Below, piece after piece: positions 29,320 to 39,158 of a DNA stretch of 64,000 bases. The position numbers and the translations under genes are program-made. The stretch lies in assembly GCA_965208675.1 (NCBI GenBank), contig OZ242351.1, positions 3,648,001 through 3,712,000 of the forward strand, in the 5' to 3' direction. Numbering within the stretch: the first letter of the stretch is position 1; each line of letters opens with the position of its first letter. The DNA comes from Candidatus Poribacteria bacterium. Lineage in GTDB: Bacteria > Poribacteria > WGA-4E > PCPOR2b. The notes beneath the pieces were generated by a model that saw only the letters and a program-made list of their open reading frames with translations, was not told where the DNA came from and made no database searches.

Positions 29320-29715
29320 ATGCACAGCCAGTTTGACTGGCCCCTTAGACCAGCCGATCTGAATACATCAACGACGCAGGCGCTTCCACTTATGTCAATG
29401 GCAGAAAACCTTTTGAAAGAAGCAACGCTTAAGGCGTCCGGGCGGTCCGCGCTGACATTAGCCCGCGGCGATGAGCTTACGGTGGTATTGACCGTACTCA
29501 AAGCTGGACATAAACTCGCCGAGCATCCTGCGCCAGCCGCAGCCGCTGTCACTTGCCTCGGCGGAAACATCTCGTTTAATACTGACGCTGAAAGAATTAC
29601 GCTAGAGCAAGGCGAGGCGGTTGTTTTTACCGCCGATGTCCTTCACTCTGTTTACGCCAACGAGGACAGTGTGTTTTTAATCGTTATTGGCGGCGCAGAG
29701 GCTAAACACAACTAG
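29320..29715 (+). CDS. Cupin domain protein
   Basis: GGAGG RBS; LKAGHKLAEHPAP...GNISF...LEQGEAVVF..DVLHSV. Confidence 0.8.
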   Translation: MHSQFDWPLRPADLNTSTTQALPLMSMAENLLKEATLKASGRSALTLARGDELTVVLTVLKAGHKLAEHPAPAAAAVTCLGGNISFNTDAERITLEQGEAVVFTADVLHSVYANEDSVFLIVIGGAEAKHN

Positions 29716-29899
29716 GGCGGCAAATAGCGGATTTTCTTCGATAACCATAGACCGTTATGATGCGCTTAACCATTTCTCAAATTACTCGCCTTTTCCTGAT
29801 TGTCATCGCAATTTGCCCGCAGAAATTTGCCGCGGCAAAAGCGGTCCATTCAGTTTGGTTGGCCTGAATGCGTAGGGACGCTGCGTCTCCGGCTGCTGG

Positions 29900-31060
29900 T
29901 CAGATTTTGGCGCTGTGGGCACGTAGATACCGCGCCACCTCAACACGGTCTTCGTGTTCTGCCCATGCAAGCGGGGATAGGTGATGAGCACCGTCTTTAT
30001 GATTTAGGTTTGCACCTCGCTCTGCGAGAAGCATGGCTACCGCGAGATGGCCCTTGAACGCCGAAAAGTGGAGCGGCATCCACACTGCACCTAATCCGGG
30101 CGGCATCGCATCTACTCCCGCGCCTCGGTCAATCAGCAAGGCGGCAACCTCCGCACGACCATTCAAACTGGCAATACACAATGCTTCATCAAGAATCTCT
30201 TGCGGTTCGTCCGACCGAGACTTCTCTTCAAACCAGCCGATGTCGCCGAGGTTCGGTCGATCAGATGCCGCCTCCGGCTTCAGGGTTCCATCTTCAGCAA
30301 AGTAAGACTTAACCAAGTCAATGCCGCCGCCGCCCGCCGCCATCCAAAAGCTACACGGCGATATACCACGCTCAATCCAAAAATCGACAGTATCCCGATT
30401 CCCGTGCAACATGGCCGATTTTATCTGCCAAATGGCAGGAGATTCGTCCGAGCGTAACGCGCCGGTTTCGATGAGGAGTTGGACAGCTTCTAGATTGTTT
30501 GCCCAAAACACTTTTTCCATTCGAGCCCCCGCCCCAATAAGGGCGCGCATTATGGGAAGTCGAGTGTCGGTGGAGATGCCTTCGATCGAGGCGGCGTATT
30601 CTAGAAGTGTGATATAGTCCTCAGATACCTCTGGCACCTTTATCATCGCGTTGACAATGGAGGGGTCATGTGTTAACAGTTCTCTCAGTGTGTCTGAATC
30701 GCCTTTCCGGACGGCTTCAAACGCTGCACTCAAGGTTTCGTCGGTGCGCTCCGTAGGGTCGGCTCCGAGCATGATTGCACGTTCCACGAGTTTCGCCCAA
30801 CTCCTAAAACCCCTTTCACGCGCAATCACGAGTTGCGCCTCTTTTAATGACAGGTCAAACGCGCGGATTTGTTCATCTTTTGCGCCCGGGAAAAGCGGAT
30901 GGTATTCCCGAAGGCGATGAACAGCCCAACGCAAACCAGATTGATGCGCCTTCAATAGAGTTCGCGCTAGTCTGTGGTAGTAGGCGCCGCCATTCCCCCA
31001 TCCCCACAGCATATGGTCGCGCGGGTCTCGCGTGGAGTGCTCGATCAAGTTCACAGTCAT
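29900..31060 (-). CDS. Ankyrin repeat protein
   Basis: N-terminal AQLVIARERGFRSWAKL motif; ankyrin repeats (PLHFSAFKGHLAVAMLLAERGANLN, SPLAWAEH). Confidence 0.85.
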   Translation of the reverse strand: MTVNLIEHSTRDPRDHMLWGWGNGGAYYHRLARTLLKAHQSGLRWAVHRLREYHPLFPGAKDEQIRAFDLSLKEAQLVIARERGFRSWAKLVERAIMLGADPTERTDETLSAAFEAVRKGDSDTLRELLTHDPSIVNAMIKVPEVSEDYITLLEYAASIEGISTDTRLPIMRALIGAGARMEKVFWANNLEAVQLLIETGALRSDESPAIWQIKSAMLHGNRDTVDFWIERGISPCSFWMAAGGGGIDLVKSYFAEDGTLKPEAASDRPNLGDIGWFEEKSRSDEPQEILDEALCIASLNGRAEVAALLIDRGAGVDAMPPGLGAVWMPLHFSAFKGHLAVAMLLAERGANLNHKDGAHHLSPLAWAEHEDRVEVARYLRAHSAKI

Positions 31061-31146
31061 TGATTAAAATTGTCCTCGTAAATCTTATGGGCTAGTAAAC
31101 TATTGGCTTATTTCAATCTTCATTTCTTAGACGTTCCTACCCCATT

Positions 31147-32373
31147 TTATAAGATCTTCGGTAGGTTGCAATTTTTGGTTGGAGTAACTATTATTGCCGC
31201 TGTAATGACAGTTCCGACAACGCCGATTGGCCAGAACCCACCGACTAAATCGACCGCCCAACCGAGCAACGGCGCAAGAACAACTGTCGCCGCCGATTTG
31301 GACTGCGATTCAATCGAAAGCACTGTTGCGGTCATATCCGGCGTGGAATGGGCGTTGAATCGGCTAATCAAAACCGGGCGCCAGAAATTCTCAAGGACGG
31401 CTAACGCCACGAATAGGCAAATAATCGCGGGATACAAGCCGAACCACAGCGACGGAATCAACATGGCGAACACTGCGCCGTTAATCCACCACAAAAAACG
31501 CGCCGCACTGTCATCGCTGCCCCGCCAATCGGCAATTTTGTGCGAATTGCGTGACGCGAGTGAAGACAGAAAGTAGAGTGCAAAATAAACGCCCGCTACC
31601 AGTATCGCTGTGCGCTTATCTGCATCAAATGCCAAAAGCAACGGTATTGCTATCGCTGTCTGCTTGAGAATGGGTTGGAGATAGTCCTTGCATGCCTTGT
31701 ACATCCCTTCAAACCCCATTGATTCGAGGTTAAGTCGACGGAGCGGGGCGGATTGGAGGAGCTGTTTCAGGGCTTTGCCGAGAACGATGAAAACCGCTTT
31801 GAGTGAAACCTGACTTTTCCGATCGCCGTCCAGTTGCACCGGATAACCCAAAAAGTTGATGATATTCAAGGCGTAGGGAATGACTGAGAACCAAAAGATG
31901 TCCGTAAAGTTGCCTCGGTAAAAGACCAACGCGCCGGCAATCAGCACTGAGATTGCAGATCCCATTTGTGACCACGAGCGCGTGTAACCGTAAACTTTCG
32001 TTTTCTCGTCCGACCGCCCTTCAATCCGCAGCCAATCAAAAATCATCGCCTTATGCGTTCCGCTGCGAAACGCCTCGCCTAGACCGAAGAAGAACATGCC
32101 TCCGAATAACGGTGCGACCGAGTTGCTCAACGCAAACGTCACAAAGGACGTGATGTATGCAGAGAACGCGAAAATCATTGCGCGGCGGCGGCCGTAGAGG
32201 TCCGCTGCTGCGCCAGACGGCACTTCAAACACATTGGTTACGACCTCACGGAACCCGATCAAGATGCCAATCTGAAAAAATGAAAGCCCCTTCTCGCGAA
32301 ATGCGAGAATCAGGAACGGGTCATAGTAGCGTTGATTCTTGAGCGCACCGTAGAGTGAAAAACGAAACAGCAT
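31147..32373 (-). CDS. MFS transporter
   Basis: FEVPSGAAADLYGRRR motif A, GEAFRSGT, ~12 TM segments. Confidence 0.9.
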   Translation of the reverse strand: MLFRFSLYGALKNQRYYDPFLILAFREKGLSFFQIGILIGFREVVTNVFEVPSGAAADLYGRRRAMIFAFSAYITSFVTFALSNSVAPLFGGMFFFGLGEAFRSGTHKAMIFDWLRIEGRSDEKTKVYGYTRSWSQMGSAISVLIAGALVFYRGNFTDIFWFSVIPYALNIINFLGYPVQLDGDRKSQVSLKAVFIVLGKALKQLLQSAPLRRLNLESMGFEGMYKACKDYLQPILKQTAIAIPLLLAFDADKRTAILVAGVYFALYFLSSLASRNSHKIADWRGSDDSAARFLWWINGAVFAMLIPSLWFGLYPAIICLFVALAVLENFWRPVLISRFNAHSTPDMTATVLSIESQSKSAATVVLAPLLGWAVDLVGGFWPIGVVGTVITAAIIVTPTKNCNLPKIL

Positions 32374-33501
32374 CAGTACCCGCCCCCCTCCTTGCCTGAA
32401 GCGTCAAATCCTCTGTCCAACCCGCGTCCCTGTGTATATATTATAACGTGAGTTTGACCGCAATCAAACACAAGTTTCTATTGCCTGAATCGCGAATTAC
32501 AGCCATCTACACGCATTCAAAAATTCTCCTTATAAAGTTTATAGTTACCCACAGGTCCAAAAAAGTGAGGGTGATAATAAGCGGCGCGCGATGGTTCAAA
32601 TGCCTCTTCCACAGTGGGTAATCATTTTCGGTTCGCTCAAATTTCATTCCCCCGTACATTCAGCACACGCTTGGAACAATTGCCGAATCGCGACATGACA
32701 AATAAATGTATACTAGTGATACGTTAAAATTTCAAGGGTTCTTTGGCTCCCATTTCCCCAAGGTCTCCCGATTGAAATATTCTCATCCTTGTCAGCCTCG
32801 TCGCTATCCCTCGGCGCGGGCGGCGCATTTAACCCATTGTCATTCCGGTCTCTTACCCATGTGAATTCGACGCCAACCTTGAACGCTCTAGACCTCCACG
32901 AAACCGTGAAATTTCACAGTAAGGATGGCCGGTCAATGGGAAAATGACTGATAGAAATGCAGTTCCAGACTGGATTTAACGCCTCCAAAATCATGTTTCA
33001 ATGTCCGGGTCCGTGTCAATTTACTGTGAAAACTGTGAAATGTAAATTTGCCGTTCAATAAGTTTTTCCATGACAAACCGCGTTTGCGCAACCATGTTCT
33101 CCTATGCGTCTCGGTGTATGTGAATGACGCGCAGATTCGTTTGTCACGAGAATCATTGAGCAAAGAAGGACGGAACAAATTATCTAGGGCGAAGGCGAAA
33201 TCTCGCATCAGAACGGGATTCCGTTCAAAGGAAGGGTTGTACAGTTCTGAGTTGGGCGTTCAATGACATGAAATTGTCAATGTGTGGCGTAAATATATCA
33301 GTCATGGTATGATGCCCCGCCCCTTTTTTGCCGAAAAAAAATCCACAACCTAATCGGTTTGTTGTGAATCACTGTGAAACCTTTTGAAATGGTGATAATC
33401 GGATTTACCGCTTTTACTCATTACTCATTACGCTATACTCATAACCCTTTTCGCGTCACTCCTGCGAGCATTTTTAGGTTTTTCAAAAACGTGTTTGCGG
33501 C

Positions 33502-35337
33502 TCAATTGAGTAATCCGCCAACCCCCGTCTGTTCTAACTTATGAATCCCCGCTATCCATTCCTGCCGCATTTGTGGGGAATAATCTTGAGGAAGCAATGA
33601 CCTTATGGTGCAATTTGCTAGGGCTTGCAGTGTTTGATATTGCCTGACTGGTCCGATATTCGGGAGAATGCGATCGTCCGCGATTTCAAGAATCTGATCG
33701 AACGATAGCGAACCGTCTTTGGCGGCTGCGCTAAGGTCAGAACGGAGTGAAGCGAAACTTGCCGCGGAATAGCCTTCTGTAGCTTGGAGCAACTTATCCA
33801 TGAACGAATCACTAATTGTTTCGTTGATAATGTCCCGCACTGTCCACCTGATAAACGCTTCCCGATCCCTTCCTTCAGGATCAAGCACCGGTATAATCAT
33901 GTCGCCGACTCTTCCCTCTCGCCGCAAGTCCGGTGATAGATTGTAAATTCTAGCGGTCATCAGCAACCACGTAATGTTGCCCTTGAGTTGGGGGTCTGAC
34001 ATCATCGCCTGTATCCTTCCAGTCAGTCGCCGCTCGGTGGCATGCGATTCTCGTCCGATTTCACCGAATTGCGTGTCCGCCTCATCCACGAAAATCATGA
34101 CTTTAACCAGAGCCGCCAATAAACGCCGGAGACGCTCAAAGATGACATCCGTTTGCCCAAACCACATACTCCTGATGTTTTTTAAAACTAAAACAGGAAT
34201 ATCCAAGTCGCCAGCAAGTCCCTCGAAAATAAACGTCTTCCCGCTTCCAATCGGACCGCACACCGCCGTGCCCGAGATTGCATCCGCTCCAGTTGACGTG
34301 ATGCGAGGTAACAGTTTGGTCTGAATGAAGGAGACCAACCGCTCATTTCCGACCACTGCTTTCAAGCCGTGCGCTGGTTTTTTGAATTCGACGACATCTT
34401 CACCCAACTGGCCCTCAATAAAGTTGGAAACTTTCTCTATGACATCGCCCGGCTGAAGTTTATTTCCTGAGTAGAGCCCCATTATCAGAAGTTGCCGCAG
34501 CGCATGGGTGGAAATCCCCGCTGTCAGTGTAGCAAGTTGCTCCTGTGTTCCCCAGAGTCTCAACCGCTTCTCTTTAGGTTTCTGAATCCGATTAAACCAA
34601 AAAATGAAATGTCGTCGTTCTTCGACGCCGGGCGACGGGATTTCAACGGTCGCGATTTGAGGTAACTGGGTGATTCTGGAGTTCAACAAGCTTTTGGATT
34701 CCGCGATAAATATGACCGTGTCCTCCCCACTCATGAAATCAGGGTCAAGAATCCAATCTTGGACAATGCTGACTCGATGCCTATCCGCTTGGGACAGACT
34801 CTGAATTTCACCTACTGGAAGCAACATGTCAGCCGCTTCAATTATTATCACTAGCCTTTCGCTAAGCAAAATATTGCCACGTGATTCCACTGATCTCGAC
34901 AACAAACATAATTGCCGGAGAAATTCGAGGGCGACCGTTGGGTGCCCAATAGAATCATTCAGATTTGCGTCAAATTGCTCCTGCGCGGATTTTACGGGTT
35001 TATCTGGGATAAGATAGTCAAAGGTGTTTCTGGACAGAGGGTTTTGATCTGAATCTTGCCGCCACAATCCGAAGGATTTTTTAAGTTTTTCCCTGTCGCT
35101 GACTCTCAAAAACCTGATGGGACCATTGAGTTCATAAACCATAAGGATAAACCCTGGCACATCCCAGGTCTTCGTCAAAAGTGAAACTAGCGGAACATAA
35201 TCCCCCTCGTTTTTGGCTTTAGCGCAATAGAAAAGATCGTGATTGTTTCCTGCAAGTATAAGAGTTCTCGACGTTCCTGCGTTGATTATCGTTCCCGTTT
35301 GAGATAGAAACTCATATTTCGGCTTTTTGACGGCTAT
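33502..35337 (-). CDS. AAA+ ATPase (classical clade, SMWFG pore loop), probable AUA start
   Basis: GPIGSGKT, RSMWFGQT, IFVDEAD, LRREGR. Frame is open 53 codons upstream of TTG 35178 to an ATA 8 nt after GGAGGT. Confidence 0.85.
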   Translation of the reverse strand: MAVKKPKYEFLSQTGTIINAGTSRTLILAGNNHDLFYCAKAKNEGDYVPLVSLLTKTWDVPGFILMVYELNGPIRFLRVSDREKLKKSFGLWRQDSDQNPLSRNTFDYLIPDKPVKSAQEQFDANLNDSIGHPTVALEFLRQLCLLSRSVESRGNILLSERLVIIIEAADMLLPVGEIQSLSQADRHRVSIVQDWILDPDFMSGEDTVIFIAESKSLLNSRITQLPQIATVEIPSPGVEERRHFIFWFNRIQKPKEKRLRLWGTQEQLATLTAGISTHALRQLLIMGLYSGNKLQPGDVIEKVSNFIEGQLGEDVVEFKKPAHGLKAVVGNERLVSFIQTKLLPRITSTGADAISGTAVCGPIGSGKTFIFEGLAGDLDIPVLVLKNIRSMWFGQTDVIFERLRRLLAALVKVMIFVDEADTQFGEIGRESHATERRLTGRIQAMMSDPQLKGNITWLLMTARIYNLSPDLRREGRVGDMIIPVLDPEGRDREAFIRWTVRDIINETISDSFMDKLLQATEGYSAASFASLRSDLSAAAKDGSLSFDQILEIADDRILPNIGPVRQYQTLQALANCTIRSLLPQDYSPQMRQEWIAGIHKLEQTGVGGLLN

Positions 35338-35395
35338 TTGTCGACACCTCCATCTCTCTTTACTATATGGCGTCTGCCAAAAGAAACTCTAAAAT

Positions 35396-36208
35396 CTAAA
35401 ACGTAAAGTTTAGCCCATTGACGATTTCCAAATCATGCTTCTTGACATTAGCGGGCGGTTCATTGTCGTAGCGGAAACCCAACCATGTCGTAAATCCAAG
35501 TTTCTTGGTCAATCGAAATCCGATGCTTCCCTCAAATAGAATCCGGTAATCGGAGAAGCTTGCCGGCTGGAACTGATAGTAGCCCGTTGCAGCGGAGGTT
35601 AGCCGTTCATCAATCCGCCAGGTCCATGTAACGTAATTGGTCGAACGGATAATGTTTGATTCGATTTTTGCTTCGCTTGTGTCATCATTGATGACCTCGT
35701 CTTCCCACATTAGACCGATGCCGATATACGGGTTAAACGCCCTATAGCTTTCCGATTTGGTTACTTCCCTCAACGGCGAAATTCGCAATCCGCCGCCAAC
35801 TAAATTACGGTCCTGCAACCGGATGAAATCGTTGAATTGCTTTTGAGCGAAGGTCTCAACCGCTGCATCTTGACTGACAGTTCGAATACCGCGCAAGTGA
35901 ATCAGACCCTTATCAATAAACGATTTGTTGTCCTTGCTTCCTTGATGGAGGTTTGCCAAAATGAATAGATGGTAATTTTCAGCTAGATAATCCGAACGGA
36001 ATCGGGTTTTCAGTGTCAGCAAATCCGTATTGCCAGCATGAGCCGTGAGATTAAAGGCGATTTTGTTATACCAGCCGTGCCCCAATTCCATCTGCTGTAA
36101 GGTTTCGGCGTCGAAGATATTGACTTGGGCTGATGTGGACCTGCAAAGCGACAATGAACATGCAAAGTATAGCGCACATTCAATTAAAATGACTGCATGT
36201 AACCTCAT
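35396..36208 (-). CDS. DUF481-like outer membrane beta-barrel protein
   Basis: Signal peptide, GNTD, alternating beta strands, RYDNEPP, terminal F. Confidence 0.7.
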   Translation of the reverse strand: MRLHAVILIECALYFACSLSLCRSTSAQVNIFDAETLQQMELGHGWYNKIAFNLTAHAGNTDLLTLKTRFRSDYLAENYHLFILANLHQGSKDNKSFIDKGLIHLRGIRTVSQDAAVETFAQKQFNDFIRLQDRNLVGGGLRISPLREVTKSESYRAFNPYIGIGLMWEDEVINDDTSEAKIESNIIRSTNYVTWTWRIDERLTSAATGYYQFQPASFSDYRILFEGSIGFRLTKKLGFTTWLGFRYDNEPPANVKKHDLEIVNGLNFTF

Positions 36209-36279
36209 GCTTTCCTATTCCTCAATGCGTCCTTGTAACTAGATAGATGTCGAAAACGCAATATATACGGATTGTGTCA

Positions 36280-37107
36280 TTAGACAGGAAGTTTCGATTC
36301 CGTATCAGCCGAGGATTTTCGATCTTCTGCTTGATCGGTTTGTTGCGCCCCAAAAATTAACTCGTCAAACTCGTTGGTCGCCGTCGATTCTCTGGCCGCT
36401 GCAAGATATGTTTCCTCCTCGGTGCGAGAGTCGGTGCCGGCTAATTCTTGAGCAACGTGCGCTCTGCTTTTCGCCTTTTGCCGAACATCCCGCATCCGTG
36501 CAAGTTCCGCTGATGTGCCGTCGGTACTGATGCCGGATAGCATATCGGCAATTTGTTCTTGCTCTCTCGCCGTAATTAAATCGGCGACAGCTTCCGCCTG
36601 TTCCTGCTTGATTTTATCCAAATCTCGATGTAATGCACTGATTTGCGTCATATGCCCGCTAATGTCCTCTTGAGCGCTTTCGATGTCGGCCTCTAGCTCT
36701 TGGATTCGCGCATTTTTTTCTTCCAGCGTTGAATTAAAATCGTTGTAAGCATCAACACAACGCGTGTAGTCAGGATTTTGTTTGATTGAGTCCTGTGCCT
36801 GCCCCTGCTTCTGTAGATCCTCGGCTATACGCTTTGCCTTCGCTAAAGCCCCGGTTTTGAGTCGTTCGAGTCTATCTACATCGTCGGTAAGGTTTTGAAC
36901 AGTTCCCTCTTTACGCTTAACTAGCGACATCAGTTGACCAATTGCCGACTTGTAACGCTGGACATTCGCTTTTTTATCCGCGATAATTTTTTCATACGCC
37001 CCTCTGATAGCTTCAGGGTTTTCCATCACCCTATCGGAAAGCTCGTGGGCTCTGCCTGTAAGCGCATACCACATAGATTTGAAAAGTCTTCCGATTCCAC
37101 TCGCCAT
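36280..37107 (-). CDS. PspA/IM30 family (ESCRT-III-like) protein
   Basis: Amphipathic N-helix GIGRLFKSMW, ENP motif, long coiled coil, C-terminal NEFDEL. Confidence 0.7.
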   Translation of the reverse strand: MASGIGRLFKSMWYALTGRAHELSDRVMENPEAIRGAYEKIIADKKANVQRYKSAIGQLMSLVKRKEGTVQNLTDDVDRLERLKTGALAKAKRIAEDLQKQGQAQDSIKQNPDYTRCVDAYNDFNSTLEEKNARIQELEADIESAQEDISGHMTQISALHRDLDKIKQEQAEAVADLITAREQEQIADMLSGISTDGTSAELARMRDVRQKAKSRAHVAQELAGTDSRTEEETYLAAARESTATNEFDELIFGAQQTDQAEDRKSSADTESKLPV

Positions 37108-37755
37108 TTTGCATTCTCCTTCTATCCATGATTAAAGGTTTAACTTTTAATAGCAATTCAAGTTACCAGCCAAGACGCGAAACTTCAATTGGTTCGTTTA
37201 TGGTCACCCCGATACTCCATAGGATACCTGTTATTGCAAGACATTGTACAATATTTGGTTAAGTTTTACAATTGGAATTCCATGTTGACCAGGACCATCT
37301 CACAGAAAAAAAGGGTTGCAATCGAGTGTCTGGCGGTCTCTCCCTTTGGGATGTAGGGACTGAAAGTACGGGTCAATATTCTTTGATTGCGGTGCCAACA
37401 TAGATAGGTAATGTGATATAATTCGCGTCATACTGGCCCATGGGAGTCGAAGATGATTATTGAAAAGCGTTTATCGGCAGCGGATGCGCGGAATCATGGC
37501 GACGCGATTCCGGTGTGTGCGGGGCCTTACCACACGAATGGATGAAAAGCGCGTGGGACGTTCGGGTAGAAACACTGAAACTAGGGGATTCGCTTGCGGG
37601 CCGGTAAACAGGTTTTGATATCAAGCGAATCAAAACTGAGAAGGTCATCGTTTGGGTGGGAATTGGATGTCTAGCAACTGCGGGCGGCGCTTGGATCCCC
37701 TTCTAAACCAAGAGTAACCGTCACCAGATATATTATTTAGATGGAGTAGCGGCCA

Positions 37756-38931
37756 ATTAGACGACGTGATTTCCTCAAACTCATTCCAATAGGCATTTCC
37801 GGTTACTGGTTATCCGGATGTTCAGAGTCGGAAAATCTGCTGAGCGATGCCATTGACGACGATAAAATTACCCTTGGCCCTCTTCGTGCTGAAACTCTTG
37901 TGTCCGGCCTGGATACACCGTGGGACATCGCCTGGGGACCGGACGACTTCATCTGGATGACCGAACGTAGGGGAAGAATTTATCGTGTTGATCCCGCCAA
38001 CGGTCAGGTTGCACAAGTTGCCCAAGTCAGTGTGGTTGAGGTCGGCGAAAGCGGATTAATGGGTATCGCATTCCACCCCGACTTTGATACGCAACCCTTC
38101 GTCTACTTCGCCCATTCCTTTGGCGCACGGAATGCGATTCGGAATCGGCTAGTAAGGATGCGTTTCGATGGCATTTCGCTTGGCAACCCAGAAACTCTGA
38201 TGGACAATATCCCCGGCGCCGCCTTTCACAACGGTTCACGCCTTGCCGTGGGACGAGATCGTTTGCTCTACATGACAACAGGTGATGCCGGAAATCCGGC
38301 TTTATCTCAAAACCTCAACTCTGTTGCTGGGAAGGTGCTTCGCCTTACGTTGGACGGTCAACCGGCGCCGGGCAACCCGTTTGGCACAACCATATATTCT
38401 TACGGGCACCGTAATGCTCAAGGATTGGTCTTTCACCCTGAGACAGACGACCTTTATCTGACGGAACACGGTCCATTTGACAATGACGAGGTTAACCGCG
38501 TGGAGATTGGTCGAAACTATGGGTGGCCAGATGTTAGCGGATTTTGCGACGATGATGTTCGCGGGGAAGGCGACTTCTGCGATAGAAACAACGTCGCCGA
38601 GCCCGTCGCGGCTTGGACGCCCACAATCGCTCCTGGAGGGGCGGATTTCTACAATGCCGATCTCATATCCGGTTGGAAAGGTAGTCTTCTCTTCACCACG
38701 CTCAAGGGTTCGGCGCTAATCAGGCTAACGCTTTCCACAGACGGAGATAGGGTGGTTGGCGAGGAATTCCTTTTTCAGCACGAGTTTGGACGGCTGCGTG
38801 ATGTACTGGCAGCACCCAACGGTCCGATATACCTTGCAACGAGCAACCGCGACGGCCGGGGCAGACCTGCTGCAGATGATGACCGAATCCTGCGAATTGA
38901 ACCGGAGTTGATTGTAAACGAAAATGAGTAG
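37756..38931 (+). CDS. PQQ-dependent sugar dehydrogenase (glucose/sorbosone family), Tat lipoprotein; start atypical
   Basis: GLDTPWDIAW, GESGLMG, HNGSRL, YGHRNAQG, GRLRDV. In-frame upstream RRDFLK and LSGC begin at ATT 37756. Confidence 0.85.
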   Translation: MRRRDFLKLIPIGISGYWLSGCSESENLLSDAIDDDKITLGPLRAETLVSGLDTPWDIAWGPDDFIWMTERRGRIYRVDPANGQVAQVAQVSVVEVGESGLMGIAFHPDFDTQPFVYFAHSFGARNAIRNRLVRMRFDGISLGNPETLMDNIPGAAFHNGSRLAVGRDRLLYMTTGDAGNPALSQNLNSVAGKVLRLTLDGQPAPGNPFGTTIYSYGHRNAQGLVFHPETDDLYLTEHGPFDNDEVNRVEIGRNYGWPDVSGFCDDDVRGEGDFCDRNNVAEPVAAWTPTIAPGGADFYNADLISGWKGSLLFTTLKGSALIRLTLSTDGDRVVGEEFLFQHEFGRLRDVLAAPNGPIYLATSNRDGRGRPAADDDRILRIEPELIVNENE

Positions 38932-39158
38932 CGATAAGCGTTTGCCAATTCGCCCGGTCTGGATTTGGTAGTCTAGACGCGCTGCGTCGAATTAAATCGT
39001 TCGGATGTATCGAAATCTAGCAGCATCATCCCGAAATTAACAGCCGGATTGCGGGATGACGCTCCTAGTGCGCACTGAACGATTTTCAATCGGCAGATTG
39101 GCAACTCCGATCAGCTACAGTTCGATTGGCATTTGCAGTTTCATCAGAAATCGGAAGA

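Noticed and set aside
23372-32373. Prophage or integrative element carrying the mini-RNAP
   Set aside because: No integrase, structural genes, att repeats or obvious compositional shift seen.
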